This document shows positions 1 through 11,287 of a DNA stretch of 64,000 bases, piece after piece (position 1 is the stretch's first letter; every line of letters begins with the position of its first letter). The stretch lies in contig DASPLL010000087.1 in NCBI GenBank assembly GCA_035627615.1, forward strand, positions 413-64,412. The letters run 5' to 3'. The DNA is from Clostridia bacterium. GTDB lineage: Bacteria > Bacillota > Clostridia > Lutisporales > Lutisporaceae. The notes beneath the pieces were generated by a model. That model ran no database searches. It worked only from the letters and a program-made list of their open reading frames with translations, and was not told the origin of the DNA. A program made the translations under genes and the position numbers.

Positions 1-1240
1 GGATAAAAGTTCGTTTCAGTGCCTGCTATATAAAGTATTTATGCAAATTTGCTGTGTAACGGGAAATACAGAGAAAGCGAAAGCTTGCCTGGATAAATAC
101 ATTAGTGCGATAAAGAAGAAAAATTATTATGATGAACTTTTTGTTGACATAATATATACACATGCATTGGTGCAAATACTATGCGGGGCAGGAGAATACA
201 AGCAAGCTCTTAATATTACAAGTAAACTTGAAAAGAAGCTTAGTATTCATTATCTGCCTTTACCGGCGGCGGCAAGCTCAATATACATGGATTTAGGTTA
301 CTTGTATTATGAGTATGATGAACTGGAGCTTTCCTATGATAATATTAAGAAGTGCATTGAGATAAGCAGTATAAAAATGGACTTTTGCAGATTGATAAGC
401 GGATATATTCTTGTTGCAAGGATAAATCAAAATATCGGAGATTGTGCCGATATGCTGAAATACATAAAAAAAGCGGAAGACTTATGCAGCAAGCATAATG
501 CAAGACTTATGAGCAACAGGTCAATTGCTTACATAGTAAGAATGCTGCTGTCCACCGGGGAGACAGAATATGCTGAATATTTTATCCGGAAATACAAGAT
601 TGACGTGCAAAACGGTTATGATGTTCTGCATGAAGAAGCATATTTGGTTATGGCTGATTTTTACATAGCGAAAGGTGAATTGGATAAAGCCGGAGATATA
701 TTGGACAGGCAATACAAAGAGGTAATGGGGACAGGAAGGGATTTGAGCTATATCAGGATAATGATCCTTAAAGCATTATTATCAAAACTTATGGGAAATG
801 AAGCTGAGGCTGTGAAATATATAAAGGATACATTGGAGAAAGCGTCCGGACAAGGATATATCAGTACCTTCAAAGATTATGGGGCTCCTGTGGCTGAAAT
901 TATCTGCAAAGCTTTGAACCATAAGGAAGAATCAGGCTTGGTGAATGAAAAGGATATTAATTATGCATTAAAAATACTGGCTCATATAAAAGAATCAAAA
1001 AATCAGATATTTAATGTTGATATGGAAAGCATGAAATGCCTCAGCAAAAGAGAGTCTGAGGTGTTGGAGCATATATTTTACGGGCTTACCAACAAGGAAA
1101 TAGCGTCAAAGCTATATGTAGCGGAATGTACAGTGAAGAAGCATATCAATAATATATATACAAAGATTGGAGCGGTCAACCGGGAAAAGGCCATTAAGCT
1201 AAGAAGCATCAACACAGTGAAAAAGGAGCTGCAATTATAA
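1..1240 (+). CDS. LuxR/MalT-type transcriptional regulator, C-terminal part (5' end lies outside the window)
   Basis: The frame of the 41..1240 ORF stays open back to base 2 with no stop, so the gene is cut by the window edge. TPR-like helical repeats are followed by a C-terminal LuxR/GerE HTH (LSKRESEVLEHIFYGLTNKEIASKLYVAECTVKKHINNIYTKIG). Confidence 0.8.
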   Translation, partial: DKSSFQCLLYKVFMQICCVTGNTEKAKACLDKYISAIKKKNYYDELFVDIIYTHALVQILCGAGEYKQALNITSKLEKKLSIHYLPLPAAASSIYMDLGYLYYEYDELELSYDNIKKCIEISSIKMDFCRLISGYILVARINQNIGDCADMLKYIKKAEDLCSKHNARLMSNRSIAYIVRMLLSTGETEYAEYFIRKYKIDVQNGYDVLHEEAYLVMADFYIAKGELDKAGDILDRQYKEVMGTGRDLSYIRIMILKALLSKLMGNEAEAVKYIKDTLEKASGQGYISTFKDYGAPVAEIICKALNHKEESGLVNEKDINYALKILAHIKESKNQIFNVDMESMKCLSKRESEVLEHIFYGLTNKEIASKLYVAECTVKKHINNIYTKIGAVNREKAIKLRSINTVKKELQL

Positions 1241-1256
1241 TACAGAAACAACAGGA

Positions 1257-1290
1257 GGGGGGTGAAGATTACTTCACCCCCCTTGTTCTA
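1257..1290 (+). terminator. Rho-independent terminator after the LuxR gene
   Basis: Perfect 11-bp GC-rich stem ggggggtgaag / cttcacccccc (1257-1267 / 1272-1282) with loop atta, followed by ttgttct. Confidence 0.75.
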
Positions 1291-1443
1291 TATAATAGAA
1301 AAAATACGATAAAAATTCACCCTTTATTTAGTGTTTTTCACGTGGGATAGCGCACCGAACTTTGATATTATTGTACTGGGAATAGCAAAATGTGACAGAA
1401 TATTATGTATTTTGCAACTAAATTTATTTAGGAGGTCGGCCTA

Positions 1444-2121
1444 GTGAACAGCTTAGTGAGTAGCCCGGTGAACAGGTCAATGCGACTTGTGTATGACCTG
1501 CATGGAATTAACATCAGTAATAGTGAAATAATAGACTATGTTAGTGAAGGACTGGTAATGATGGGCATTTATTGTCGAAATATTGCCTTGCATTGTATCA
1601 GAGTATCAAACTATTCGGCTGCAATAGGCAAACGGTTTGACCTTTCCGGAAAAGAAATCAAATTACTCTGGTGCGCAGCTATTTTTCATGATATAGGCAA
1701 GAGCAATATACCTATGGAAATCCTGCAGAAGCCGGCAAAGCTTACAAAAGAGGAATATGAAATAATTAAGACACACTCGCGCAAGGGATATGAGTATACC
1801 AGAATGAATAAGAATATGGAGGAAGTATCGGAAATTATATTATATCATCATGAAAGATATGACGGTAAGGGTTATCCTACAGGTAAAGAAGGACGGGATA
1901 TTCCTTTATTATCCAGAATAATATCCGTTGCAGATGCCTTTGACGCCATGACATCAGAACGGCCTTATAAAACAGCACTTTCGCCGGACAATGCACTGAT
2001 TGAACTTAAAAATGGAAAGTGGACTCAGTTTGATGGACATGTTGTCGATTGCTTTATAGATTTATTGGAGGGTAACTGTTTGAGGCCAAAAGAACTTAAT
2101 ATTACCCTTGGTTTGATTTGA
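1444..2121 (+). CDS. HD-GYP domain c-di-GMP phosphodiesterase (stand-alone)
   Basis: GTG start 8 nt after AGGAGG. Carries the HD motif (AAIFHDIGK) and the HHERYDGKGYP motif diagnostic of HD-GYP. Confidence 0.85.
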   Translation: MNSLVSSPVNRSMRLVYDLHGINISNSEIIDYVSEGLVMMGIYCRNIALHCIRVSNYSAAIGKRFDLSGKEIKLLWCAAIFHDIGKSNIPMEILQKPAKLTKEEYEIIKTHSRKGYEYTRMNKNMEEVSEIILYHHERYDGKGYPTGKEGRDIPLLSRIISVADAFDAMTSERPYKTALSPDNALIELKNGKWTQFDGHVVDCFIDLLEGNCLRPKELNITLGLI

Positions 2122-2236
2122 AAAGAATAAAGGATTGTACTAAAAAACTCTCCCGGTTTATTCCCTGATAAGAATAGACCGGGAGGATTAGCTTGTAAAG
2201 CTGAAATTATTATACTAAACAGGAGGAGAAAGAGAT

Positions 2237-2683
2237 ATGGCAAGTATACAGGTGGTAGTGTTCAAGCTCGACAATGAATTCTATGGAGTAGACATAACAA
2301 AAGTAAGGGAAATAGGACCATACATTGAATCGGTCAAAGTCCCGAATACACCGGAATTTGTTGAGGGTATTATCAATTTCAGAGGAGATATCATACCGAT
2401 TATAAACTTGCGGAAGGTGTTTATGCTGGAGGACAGTAAGGCTGTTAAAGGTACAAGAATAATAATTGTTAATGCGGGGAACAGGCAGCTGGGTATAATT
2501 GTTGATGAGGCTTCAGAAGTTCTTTACATTAACAATGATAATATCGAATCTTCAGCAAAAATTGTGACAGAAACGAAAAAAAGGCTGATTTCAGGCATAG
2601 GCAAAGAGCAGGGTAGGATTATCATGCTGCTTGATTTGTCTGAATTGGTAAATGAAAATAGCGATGATATGGAAGCGGTATAA
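2237..2683 (+). CDS. cheW: Chemotaxis coupling protein CheW
   Basis: 148 aa, single CheW fold (VVFKLDNEFYGVDITKVREI ... FVEGIINFRGDIIPIINLRK ... GIIVDEASEV). RBS AGGAGGAG upstream. Confidence 0.9.
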   Translation: MASIQVVVFKLDNEFYGVDITKVREIGPYIESVKVPNTPEFVEGIINFRGDIIPIINLRKVFMLEDSKAVKGTRIIIVNAGNRQLGIIVDEASEVLYINNDNIESSAKIVTETKKRLISGIGKEQGRIIMLLDLSELVNENSDDMEAV

Positions 2684-2731
2684 CGAGGACAAATATCTGT
2701 AAAGGAAAAATAATGAGGGGAGTTAGACATA

Positions 2732-4732
2732 ATGAAATTTATTAGCTTAAAATGGAAGCTGGTAGCTATTCTACTATTGGTAGCTGTACTACCTACAATT
2801 GCTCTGGGAGGTCTTACATATCTGATGACTTCAAACATTCTACAGTCTCAGGTTAATAAAACTATTGAAGAAACCATATCCCAGGTCAATGTTGCTTATG
2901 ACAGCTTCTTTGAGAAAATTGGCGATTCCCTGCAATATGTATCATCAAGCCGTCATGTAAAAGAAACCTTTAATAATAAAGAAGACGAAACGGAAATGAT
3001 TAAAGAATTTAAGGAGTATATAGGGAAGTATACTGATGTTCAGTGTATATATTTAGGTATGGAGGATGGACGATTACTTGCATATCCAGAATTTGACCTT
3101 CCTGAGGGGTACGATCCGAGGCAAAGGCAATGGTACCAGTCAGCTAAGGAAAACCAAGGCAATTTATTCTGGACAGAACCTTATGTTGATGTTTTCACCG
3201 GTGAATTTGTAATTAGTGCAGCAATAGAAATAAAAGACTCAAATGGTAATCCGGCAGGTGTATTAGCAGTTGATATTAATCTCCAGAAACTAACTGAACT
3301 TATGTCGAGTGTGAAAATAGGAAAAAGTGGTTTTACATTCGCAGCAGACAGTAAAGGAATTACTATCACACATTCCGACAAAGAGAGGATAGGAAAAGGT
3401 ATTGGCGAATACGAGTGGGGTAAACAGATTATAAATAATACATCAGGTTCATTGGAGTATAGTATCGACAATATAGAAAAGTATGTAGTATATCAGACAA
3501 ACAAGACCACCGGCTGGAAAATTGCAGGTGTCATAGAGAAAAAAGAGCTGACAAGCGAACTATCCAGAATTAAGAATACCATGTATATAATTTGTATAAT
3601 AAGTGCATTGCTGGCTTTGTTAGGATCCTTGTTTGCAGGAAAGATGATAAATCCCATAAAGGTATTAGCTAAGATTATAGATAGACTAGCAAAATATGAT
3701 TTGTCCTTTGATGAAAATTCAGAGGCTGTTAAATATTTAAAGAGAAAAGACGAAATAGGATTAATTACAAAGTCATTAGCAACAATGCAGAATAATATCG
3801 TTTCATTGATAAAAGATATTTCAAATATTGCACAGCAAGTGGCATCCTCATCGGAAGAGCTGACCGCCACCAGCCAGCAGTCAGCTACAGCAGCAGATGA
3901 AGTAGCAAGGACTATTGAAGAAATAGCAAGAGGAGCCGGTGATCAGGCCAAAAACACTGAAGAGGGAGCAGTACATATTAATGAACTGGGTCAACTGATA
4001 GAAAAAGATCAGGATTATATAGAAGCCCTCAATAATACTGCCAATGAAGTAAGTACTTTAAAGGATGAGGGTTTGGAAGGCCTGAAGAAGCTTTTGGAAA
4101 AGACAGATCTTAGTAATGAAGCGGCAAAGGATATCCTCGGGATTATTATTAATACCAATGAGAGCGCAAAAAAGATAGAAAATGCCAGCCAGATGATTAA
4201 AAGCATTTCAGAGCAAACCAACTTGTTGGCTCTTAATGCGGCAATCGAAGCGGCCAGGGCAGGAGATACGGGTAGAGGTTTTGCTGTTGTAGCCGAAGAG
4301 ATACGGAGACTTTCGGAACAATCTAATTCATTTACAGGTGAAATATCGGAAGTAATTCGGGAATTAACAGATAAAACACAGTATGCAGTGGAGACAATGC
4401 AAAAAGCTAGTGAAATAGTAATATCTCAGGCAAAAAGTGTAGAAGAGAGCAATGAAAAATTCGAAGGAATTGCTGCTGCTATTGAAAAGATGAAGACGGT
4501 GATAGCAGATGTTAATCAGTCAGGACAAGAAATGGAAGCAAAAAAAGATCAGATTATCAGTATTATTGAGAACCTTTCAGCCATATCCGAAGAAAACGCA
4601 GCCGGAACACAAGAGGCATCTGCATCAATAGAAGAACAGACTTCTTCAGTGGAAGAAATAGCGAATGCCAGTGATTCCCTGGCAAAGTTGGCTGAGGAAA
4701 TGCAGGGAAGTATCAGTAAGTTCAAATATTAG
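2732..4732 (+). CDS. Methyl-accepting chemotaxis protein with a dCache-type sensor (MCP-1)
   Basis: N-terminal TM, periplasmic Cache-like region ([14 protein letters not shown]), second TM, HAMP, then the MA signalling domain with the conserved tip ([38 protein letters not shown]). Confidence 0.92.
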   Translation: MKFISLKWKLVAILLLVAVLPTIALGGLTYLMTSNILQSQVNKTIEETISQVNVAYDSFFEKIGDSLQYVSSSRHVKETFNNKEDETEMIKEFKEYIGKYTDVQCIYLGMEDGRLLAYPEFDLPEGYDPRQRQWYQSAKENQGNLFWTEPYVDVFTGEFVISAAIEIKDSNGNPAGVLAVDINLQKLTELMSSVKIGKSGFTFAADSKGITITHSDKERIGKGIGEYEWGKQIINNTSGSLEYSIDNIEKYVVYQTNKTTGWKIAGVIEKKELTSELSRIKNTMYIICIISALLALLGSLFAGKMINPIKVLAKIIDRLAKYDLSFDENSEAVKYLKRKDEIGLITKSLATMQNNIVSLIKDISNIAQQVASSSEELTATSQQSATAADEVARTIEEIARGAGDQAKNTEEGAVHINELGQLIEKDQDYIEALNNTANEVSTLKDEGLEGLKKLLEKTDLSNEAAKDILGIIINTNESAKKIENASQMIKSISEQTNLLALNAAIEAARAGDTGRGFAVVAEEIRRLSEQSNSFTGEISEVIRELTDKTQYAVETMQKASEIVISQAKSVEESNEKFEGIAAAIEKMKTVIADVNQSGQEMEAKKDQIISIIENLSAISEENAAGTQEASASIEEQTSSVEEIANASDSLAKLAEEMQGSISKFKY

Positions 4733-4770
4733 AAATACACTGTAAAAGCTCAGCTAAGGGAGTGATAAGG
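3653..4770 (+). repeat. Copy A of a ~1.1-kb duplicated MCP HAMP/signalling module plus 3' flank
   Basis: Homologous to 5962..7079. Long stretches are identical (about 3731-3995 and about 4424-4765) and flank a diverged middle. Identity continues about 30 nt past the stop codon (tagaaatacac.gtaaaagctcagctaagg). Confidence 0.9.
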
Positions 4771-4773
4771 CAT

Positions 4774-4902
4774 ATGGAAATGTGTGAAATTGAAATTGAA
4801 GGAATTGAAACTGCAGAGGAGCAATCGTCTGTTATAGCAGAAATAGAAAATATTATAGCAGAAATGGAACGAATAATTATGGAGCAGGAAGATTTAAACT
4901 AG
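4774..4902 (+). CDS. 42-aa mini-ORF resembling the last helix of an MCP (shortened paralog of 7083..7313); may be a gene fragment
   Basis: Translates to MEMCEIEIEGIETAEEQSSVIAEIENIIAEMERIIMEQEDLN. It sits in the same position relative to the upstream MCP stop as the ORF at 7083, and shares TxEExSxxIxEIENxIAExERII with it. Below the ORF-track length cutoff. Confidence 0.3.
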   Translation: MEMCEIEIEGIETAEEQSSVIAEIENIIAEMERIIMEQEDLN

Positions 4903-4983
4903 CTCACTTTAAACATATATGGATATAAAAAAGAAGCAAATAGAAGAGAATGGAAAGCTATATTGTATAAGGGGGGAAATATC

Positions 4984-7041
4984 ATGATCAATACTATTGA
5001 CAGAAAAAGGCATAATTCAATAAAAATAAAATTAATAGCAATACCGTTAGTACTTGTATTTATAGCTGTTCTGACAATAGGTGCAATGTCTTCATATTTA
5101 ATCAGAACAAGCTTGATAGACCAAATGAGAGCAAGCGGTTATACAATGGCAGACCAGATAGTAAGCAAAATTCAAAGCAATGCCGGATCACTGGAAATGG
5201 TTAATGAAATGATAGAAGATAAGCTCAGGGTGGCAGGTAATGTTGTTATAAGAAACCAGAATAATTTGAACAATGAATTATTAATAAGCTTACTGGAAGA
5301 ATTAGAAGTAGATGAACTCCATTGGTTCAACAAGGAAGGAGAAATTATTTACTCTACGATTGAAGGTTACTTAGGATGGAAACCAGCCGAAGATCATCCT
5401 CTGTATACTTTTATGCTAAGTGATCAGCAGGAATTAATGGAAGAAATAAGAGAAGATGCTGAATTTGGAAATTTCCTGAAATATGGAGCAATTAAAAATA
5501 CAGACGGAACATTCGTGCAAATTGGAATAAACGCTAATGTAATCCAGGAATTAACTGAGCGTTTCAGCTATCAAAAGCTAGTGGAAGAACTAGCAAAAAA
5601 TAATGAAGTAGTTTATGCACTTTTTATAGATAAAAATGCAAAAGCAGTAGCTTCCAGTGATAAGGATGAAATAGGTGAGGATCTTACATATGATGTAGGA
5701 AGTGTGACTGCTGCAGTACAAGGTCAGAGATATGCCTCAGAGTTTACTTATGAGGAAGATAATAAAACTATAACTGCATATGACATATTGGTACCTGTCA
5801 GCATAAATGGAGAACATTCAGGGGCTTTAAACATAGGCCTCTCAATGGAAGGTATTCATGCTTCCATTAATAGAAGCATTATGATAGTTACTGTCATAGG
5901 CCTTCTGGCATTTATTATATTAGGGGCTATATTAATGAAATTATCTATAGGTATAGCCAATCCTATAATCAATTTATCACAGATCATTGACAGACTGTCA
6001 AAATACGATTTATCCTTTGATGAAAACTCAGTGGCTGTGAAATATTTAAAGAGAAAAGACGAAATAGGATTAATTACAAAGTCATTAGCAACAATGCAGA
6101 ATAGTATCGTTTCATTGATAAAAGATATTTCAAATATTGCACAGCAAGTGGCATCCTCATCGGAAGAACTGACCGCCACCAGCCAGCAGTCAGCTACAGC
6201 AGCAGATGAAGTAGCAAGAACTATTGAAGAAATAGCAAGAGGAGCCGGTGATCAGGCCAAAAACACTGAAGAGGGAGCAGTACATATTAATGTATTAGGC
6301 CAATTGATAGAAAAGGATCAGGAGTATATAAAAGCTCTCATTAATACAGCCAATGAAGTAGATTCACTAAGGGATGAAGGGCTAGAAGGCTTGAAGGCGC
6401 TTGTGGAAAAGACAAATGCCAATAATAAGGCATCTAAGTATATACATGAAATTATTATTAACACCAACGAGAGCGCAACAAAAATAGAAAATGCAAGTCA
6501 GATGATTAAAAGCATCGCTGATCAAACAAATTTATTGGCTCTAAATGCAGCAATCGAAGCAGCCCGGGCAGGAGAAACGGGTAGAGGCTTTGCTGTTGTT
6601 GCCGATGAGATTCGAAGACTTTCAGAGCAGTCTAATGAATTTACGAGTGAAATATCAGAGATAATTCAAGATTTAACCAAAAAAACACAACATGCGGTAG
6701 AGACAATGGAGGAAGTTGGTAAATTGGTAGCCTCTCAAGCAAAAAGTGTAGAAGAGAGCAATGAAAAATTCGAAGGGATTGCTGCTGCTATTGAAAAGAT
6801 GAAGATGGTGATAGCAGATGTTAATCAATCAGGGCATGAAATGGAAGCTAAAAAAGATCAGATTATCAGTATTATTGAGAACCTTTCAGCCATATCCGAA
6901 GAAAATGCAGCCGGAACACAAGAGGCATCTGCATCAATAGAAGAACAGACTTCTTCAGTGGAAGAAATAGCGAATGCCAGTGAATCCCTGGCAAAGCTGG
7001 CAGAGGAAATGCAGGGGAGTATCAGTAAGTTTAAATATTAG
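4984..7041 (+). CDS. Methyl-accepting chemotaxis protein with a different sensor domain and a shared signalling module (MCP-2)
   Basis: The track ORF starts at TTG 4963, but ATG 4984 lies 6-7 nt after GGGGGG. Has TM, a ~280-aa periplasmic domain unrelated to MCP-1, TM, HAMP and MA. The C-terminal ~360 aa are near-identical to MCP-1. Confidence 0.9.
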   Translation: MINTIDRKRHNSIKIKLIAIPLVLVFIAVLTIGAMSSYLIRTSLIDQMRASGYTMADQIVSKIQSNAGSLEMVNEMIEDKLRVAGNVVIRNQNNLNNELLISLLEELEVDELHWFNKEGEIIYSTIEGYLGWKPAEDHPLYTFMLSDQQELMEEIREDAEFGNFLKYGAIKNTDGTFVQIGINANVIQELTERFSYQKLVEELAKNNEVVYALFIDKNAKAVASSDKDEIGEDLTYDVGSVTAAVQGQRYASEFTYEEDNKTITAYDILVPVSINGEHSGALNIGLSMEGIHASINRSIMIVTVIGLLAFIILGAILMKLSIGIANPIINLSQIIDRLSKYDLSFDENSVAVKYLKRKDEIGLITKSLATMQNSIVSLIKDISNIAQQVASSSEELTATSQQSATAADEVARTIEEIARGAGDQAKNTEEGAVHINVLGQLIEKDQEYIKALINTANEVDSLRDEGLEGLKALVEKTNANNKASKYIHEIIINTNESATKIENASQMIKSIADQTNLLALNAAIEAARAGETGRGFAVVADEIRRLSEQSNEFTSEISEIIQDLTKKTQHAVETMEEVGKLVASQAKSVEESNEKFEGIAAAIEKMKMVIADVNQSGHEMEAKKDQIISIIENLSAISEENAAGTQEASASIEEQTSSVEEIANASESLAKLAEEMQGSISKFKY

Positions 7042-7079
7042 AAATACACAGTAAAAGCTCAGCTAAGGAAGTGGGAGAG
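5962..7079 (+). repeat. Copy B of the duplicated MCP HAMP/signalling module plus 3' flank
   Basis: See 3653..4770. Protein blocks [21 protein letters not shown] ... EEGAVHIN and [24 protein letters not shown] ... SISKFKY are nearly unchanged between the copies. Confidence 0.9.
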
Positions 7080-7082
7080 CAG

Positions 7083-7313
7083 ATGGAGATGTTTGAAAAG
7101 AATAATGAATTAATTGAAGCTGCAAAGGATATTTTATTAAATACAATCACGGGTATTTCTAGCCTAACAGAAGAAGCATCAGCATCAACACAGCAGGTTA
7201 GTGCATCAACAGAGGAAGAGTCGTTTACTATATCAGAAATAGAAAATACCATAGCTGAATTGGAAAGAATAATCAGGGGATTGGAAGATACAGTAAATGC
7301 ATTTAAGCTTTAG
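7083..7313 (+). CDS. 76-aa stand-alone protein homologous to the C-terminal helix of the MCP signalling domain
   Basis: ATG 7083 lies 5 nt after GGGAGAG (track start is GTG 7071). ITGISSLTEEASASTQQVSASTEEESFTISEI aligns with [35 protein letters not shown]. Confidence 0.5.
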   Translation: MEMFEKNNELIEAAKDILLNTITGISSLTEEASASTQQVSASTEEESFTISEIENTIAELERIIRGLEDTVNAFKL

Positions 7314-7554
7314 ATGCTACACGAGTCCTTGCAAATAGTTTTGAAGTCTCGAAACAAGTTTGAAATAACAGATGAGATTATATGAAATAATTCTAAAAAA
7401 TGTTTTTTCTCAAAACCCTAAAAAGGGCGAATGTATTATTATGTTTGTTTCATGGTGGGAGACCGTGTGTTTTATGCAGCAAGATTATTATATCGAAGAT
7501 AAGTCGGGTTTAATTTGATATTGAATTATAAGCATTATTAGGAGGAATAAGGAA

Positions 7555-9567
7555 ATGAGACTTCAAACCAAAATAACTTTACCAATTTTACTGGTACTGG
7601 CTATTGCTTTTTTTACGCTTGCGGGGGTAGCATACTATTACTGCTCTGAACTTCTGAACAACAACATGGCAGAGATAACAGGTGAAAAGCTGGAAGAGGC
7701 AGTCGTCGCTTTTAAGTCGCAGCAGGAAAGTATAACAGAGCTAAAGAAAGAGTTGGGCAGGAACTATATTGATAAAGCAAAGATGCTTTCTCTGATGATA
7801 GAACAGAGGCCTCAAATCACAGATTCTCCGGATATGCTGAACAAAACAGCAGCTGTACTTGGAGTGGAAGAAATCCATATTTGCGATGAAAACGGAATCA
7901 TCGTGTCGAGTACAGTACCTGAATTTGTAGGCTTCGATTTTAAATCGACAGAGCAAACAAAGCCCTTTATGGAAGCAGTATCGAATAAGTCTTTTGAATT
8001 GGCGCAGGAACCCTCAGAAAGGGGTATAGACAAGTCCTTATTCCAGTATATTGGTGTAGCAAGGCAGGATAGATCCGGAATAGTGCAGATCGGGGTCAGG
8101 CCTGACAGGCTGCAGATGGCTTTGAAGAAGGCTGATATCAAAAATGTTGCGAAGGATATACTTTTTGGAGAAAGTGGATATATTTTTATAATTGATAAGG
8201 ATATTAACAGAACAGTGAGCCATAAGGATGAAGGCCGTATAGGTGACGATGCTTCAGTGCTGCCGTTTTATAAAGCATTGCTTGAGAAGGAAACAGGCAG
8301 CCTACATTATGAATTTGATGGTATTAAGAAGTATTTGAGCTATAAACAGGTTGAAAACTATATTATAGTTGCGACAATTACGGCCGGCGAATATACTGGG
8401 GGACTTAAAGCACTGTTAAGGAATGTAGCGATAATTTCATTATTAGCATTGATAATATGCATATTTATTATATACCTGACATTAAGACTTAATGTAACAA
8501 AGGAAATCAACAAGATTCTGAATACGCTGAAGTCAATTGGTGAAGGTAATCTCAATATTAGATTGGAAACCGGATCAAGCAGAGAGTTCAAACAACTGAG
8601 CAGTGGGATAAGTGCAATGACAGATAATTTGAAACAAATGATTATAAAAATCACTTCAATAACAGACAAGCTAAAGACAGCAGCACATATTGTTTCTGAA
8701 TCATCAGGAAATTCAAATAAAGGTGCTGAAGAAATTGCCAATGTCGTAAATGATATTGCAAAAGTAGCAAATGAACAGGCGGAAAGCGTAGCAAATGGTG
8801 TCGAATCAGCAAAAGATGCGTTAGTAAGATTTGAAGCTATAGCAAAAAATATTAAATCTACTGTAGACAGCACTGCTTCAGTTAATAAATCCGTTGGAGC
8901 AGGAATCAGTACAATAAATATTCAAAATGAAAAAATGAGAAGGAATGCAGAAAGCTCACAGATGGTTAATACTGCTGTAGACGATCTGGCAGACAAAGCA
9001 AAGGAAATAGGAAAAGTAACAAGTGTTATTGCGGAGATAGCAAATCAAACAAATATGCTTGCATTGAATGCTGCTATAGAGGCTGCAAGAGCCGGTGAAA
9101 CAGGCAGAGGGTTTGCAGTAGTAGCTGATGAAGTAAGAAAGCTCGCAGAAGATTCAACTGCAGCTGTCAATCAAATATCAAATATTATCAGTGAAATTCA
9201 GGCGAGGGTCGGGAACGTAAAAGAACAGGCAAATGTATCATTAAGGGCTGTAAATGAGCAGCAGACAGCTGTTAATGAGACTGAGGAAGCGTTCAGCAAT
9301 ATTTCAGTATCCACTAAGGAAGTAGAGAACCAGGTTAAGGAGGTTTCCCAATCAGCAGATATGATAATAAATAGTATTGTAGAAATAGTCAGTGTTTTGG
9401 AAAACGCTGCATCAGTTTCAGAGCAGAGTGCCGCTTCCACAGAAGAAATAACTGCAACTACTGAAGAGCAGCATGCTATAGTGGAAGAGCTGACTCAAAC
9501 ATCAGAAAACCTGGCTGAAATGATTCGGGAGCTTGAAAAGTATACCAGTGCTTTTGAAATATCCTGA
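7555..9567 (+). CDS. Methyl-accepting chemotaxis protein (MCP-3)
   Basis: RBS AGGAGGA. Has TM, a ~270-aa extracellular sensor, TM, HAMP and an MA domain ([38 protein letters not shown]). It is a distinct paralog and not part of the MCP-1/2 repeat. Confidence 0.92.
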   Translation: MRLQTKITLPILLVLAIAFFTLAGVAYYYCSELLNNNMAEITGEKLEEAVVAFKSQQESITELKKELGRNYIDKAKMLSLMIEQRPQITDSPDMLNKTAAVLGVEEIHICDENGIIVSSTVPEFVGFDFKSTEQTKPFMEAVSNKSFELAQEPSERGIDKSLFQYIGVARQDRSGIVQIGVRPDRLQMALKKADIKNVAKDILFGESGYIFIIDKDINRTVSHKDEGRIGDDASVLPFYKALLEKETGSLHYEFDGIKKYLSYKQVENYIIVATITAGEYTGGLKALLRNVAIISLLALIICIFIIYLTLRLNVTKEINKILNTLKSIGEGNLNIRLETGSSREFKQLSSGISAMTDNLKQMIIKITSITDKLKTAAHIVSESSGNSNKGAEEIANVVNDIAKVANEQAESVANGVESAKDALVRFEAIAKNIKSTVDSTASVNKSVGAGISTINIQNEKMRRNAESSQMVNTAVDDLADKAKEIGKVTSVIAEIANQTNMLALNAAIEAARAGETGRGFAVVADEVRKLAEDSTAAVNQISNIISEIQARVGNVKEQANVSLRAVNEQQTAVNETEEAFSNISVSTKEVENQVKEVSQSADMIINSIVEIVSVLENAASVSEQSAASTEEITATTEEQHAIVEELTQTSENLAEMIRELEKYTSAFEIS

Positions 9568-9651
9568 AAATTGCAATCAATTCTCTGGATTTAGTGATAG
9601 TAATTTTTTGATGAGATAGTATGTTTTCTTGTTTAACCGGGGGGATTAAAT

Positions 9652-11208
9652 ATGTTCGACTATTCTTTTTATTATGTGTTCCTGATATTATCATGTATTA
9701 TTACAGCTCTATTGGGTCTGATCGCATTACAGCGCAGTGTGAACAGAGGGGCTGTTGCTTTTGCATGTTTAATGTTTGGGGCTGCATTATTTTCCTTTTG
9801 CTATATATTTAAAGCATCAAGCTTGTCAATATATACAGCATTCTTCTGGCTGAAGCTCGCATATGTCGGAATTGTCTCCATACCTGTATTCTGGTATATT
9901 ATGATTTATCAGTATACAGGTGCTAAGAGTGAATTGTCAAATAGAACGGTCTTAAAGATTATTCTGATACCTTCGATTACATTACTCATATTATTTTCTA
10001 ATTGCTGTCATGGTTTATATTATACCGGTATGGTGCTTACGCGACCTGAGCATATCAGTCTGATACATGTTGATAAAGGACCATGGTATTGGGTTCATAT
10101 AGCCTATTCTTATACATTGGTTATATGCGGCTATGTCCGGTTGATAAAGGAATGGTTGTATTCCGATAAAATTTACCGGAGCCGGCTGGGTATTTTTTTA
10201 TTAAGTGCTATTGTACCGTGGTTTGCCAATATACTGTATCATATGCGAATAACCCCTCAGGGTATTGATATAAGTCCCGCGTCCTATGCAGTTGCCGGAC
10301 TGGTTTTTGCATGGGGGATATACCGGTATGGTGTTTTTGAGCTGATTCCAATTGCACGGGATAATGTTTTTGAAGCGATGCAGGATGGCGTAGTGGTATT
10401 TGATCTGCAAAACCGCGTAGTTGATTTTAATCCGGAAGCTGAAAGCATTATGAAAGATATTGCTGAGCTTGAGATCGGGCTGACGTACGGTAAGGTGCTT
10501 GAAAGTTATTTTGGCATTTCAAGTGCTGTTGCGCTTGGATTATGTGAACAGCGGGAAATAAAAATTACAGTAAAGAATGAAATGATTTACTATAACTGTG
10601 TCTTATCTCCGATAACGAACAAAAAGAAGGATGTAGTCGGGAAAACCCTGATTCTGAGAAATATTACAGATCAGATAAAGTTAAGAGAACGCTTAAAGAC
10701 TTATGCGACTTTAGATGGGCTTACCAATATTTTTAACCGTAGGTATTTCCTTGAGTTGGGCCGTAAAGCGTTGGAGGGATTTGAAAGTGAAGAACATTCT
10801 TCAGCTATAGTTTTATTTGATATTGATTTATTTAAAAATATTAATGATGCATTTGGACATGAAGCGGGAGATAATGTTCTATGTTCAGTTGCTAAGGTCT
10901 TTGCAAACTGCCTGCGCAGTATGGATATATTTGCCCGTTATGGAGGAGAAGAATTTGTATGCCTCCTGCCAGACACAAGCTCTGAAGCGGCAATACAAAT
11001 TGCAGAACGTATCAGAAAAAATCTGGCTAGCTCATCACTGGACTTTCATGGTAACTCATTAAGAATAACTGCAAGCTTTGGTGTTGTAGGAACAGATCTG
11101 GTTGGCAAAGCCAATCTGGAGGAATTATTAAAGATGGCGGATAAAGCTTTATATGACGCAAAAAGAAGAGGCAGAAATTGTACATGTCTTTTTACATGGG
11201 TGGGTTAA
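9652..11208 (+). CDS. Membrane-anchored PAS-GGDEF diguanylate cyclase
   Basis: About 6-7 N-terminal TM helices, a PAS-like segment, and a GGDEF domain with an intact active site (RYGGEEF) and an RxxD I-site 5 residues upstream (RSMD). Confidence 0.9.
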   Translation: MFDYSFYYVFLILSCIITALLGLIALQRSVNRGAVAFACLMFGAALFSFCYIFKASSLSIYTAFFWLKLAYVGIVSIPVFWYIMIYQYTGAKSELSNRTVLKIILIPSITLLILFSNCCHGLYYTGMVLTRPEHISLIHVDKGPWYWVHIAYSYTLVICGYVRLIKEWLYSDKIYRSRLGIFLLSAIVPWFANILYHMRITPQGIDISPASYAVAGLVFAWGIYRYGVFELIPIARDNVFEAMQDGVVVFDLQNRVVDFNPEAESIMKDIAELEIGLTYGKVLESYFGISSAVALGLCEQREIKITVKNEMIYYNCVLSPITNKKKDVVGKTLILRNITDQIKLRERLKTYATLDGLTNIFNRRYFLELGRKALEGFESEEHSSAIVLFDIDLFKNINDAFGHEAGDNVLCSVAKVFANCLRSMDIFARYGGEEFVCLLPDTSSEAAIQIAERIRKNLASSSLDFHGNSLRITASFGVVGTDLVGKANLEELLKMADKALYDAKRRGRNCTCLFTWVG

Positions 11209-11287
11209 TTAAGAGCAGCAGTAAGCTTAAATATTGGAAATACGCCTGATTGTTGAATATCAAGATACAACAAAACAGTTAAGGGAG

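Noticed and set aside
3493-3870. Antisense 125-aa ORF inside MCP-1, with a near-identical twin at 5856..6179 inside MCP-2
   Set aside because: They duplicate only because the sense-strand MCP module is duplicated. They have no RBS and arise from stop-poor antisense frames opposite alanine/serine/glutamate-rich sense codons. The other minus-strand ORFs inside MCP genes (for example 8358..8873 and 9198..9440) are rejected for the same reason.
3653-7079. Duplicated 1.1-kb segments as insertion sequences
   Set aside because: The repeats are the coding sequence of MCP signalling modules. No transposase or integrase gene lies anywhere in the window.
9621-9812. 63-aa ORF overlapping the DGC start in another frame, and 10817..11062 inside the GGDEF domain
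   Set aside because: These are alternative frames of a gene with clear domain signatures, with no independent support.
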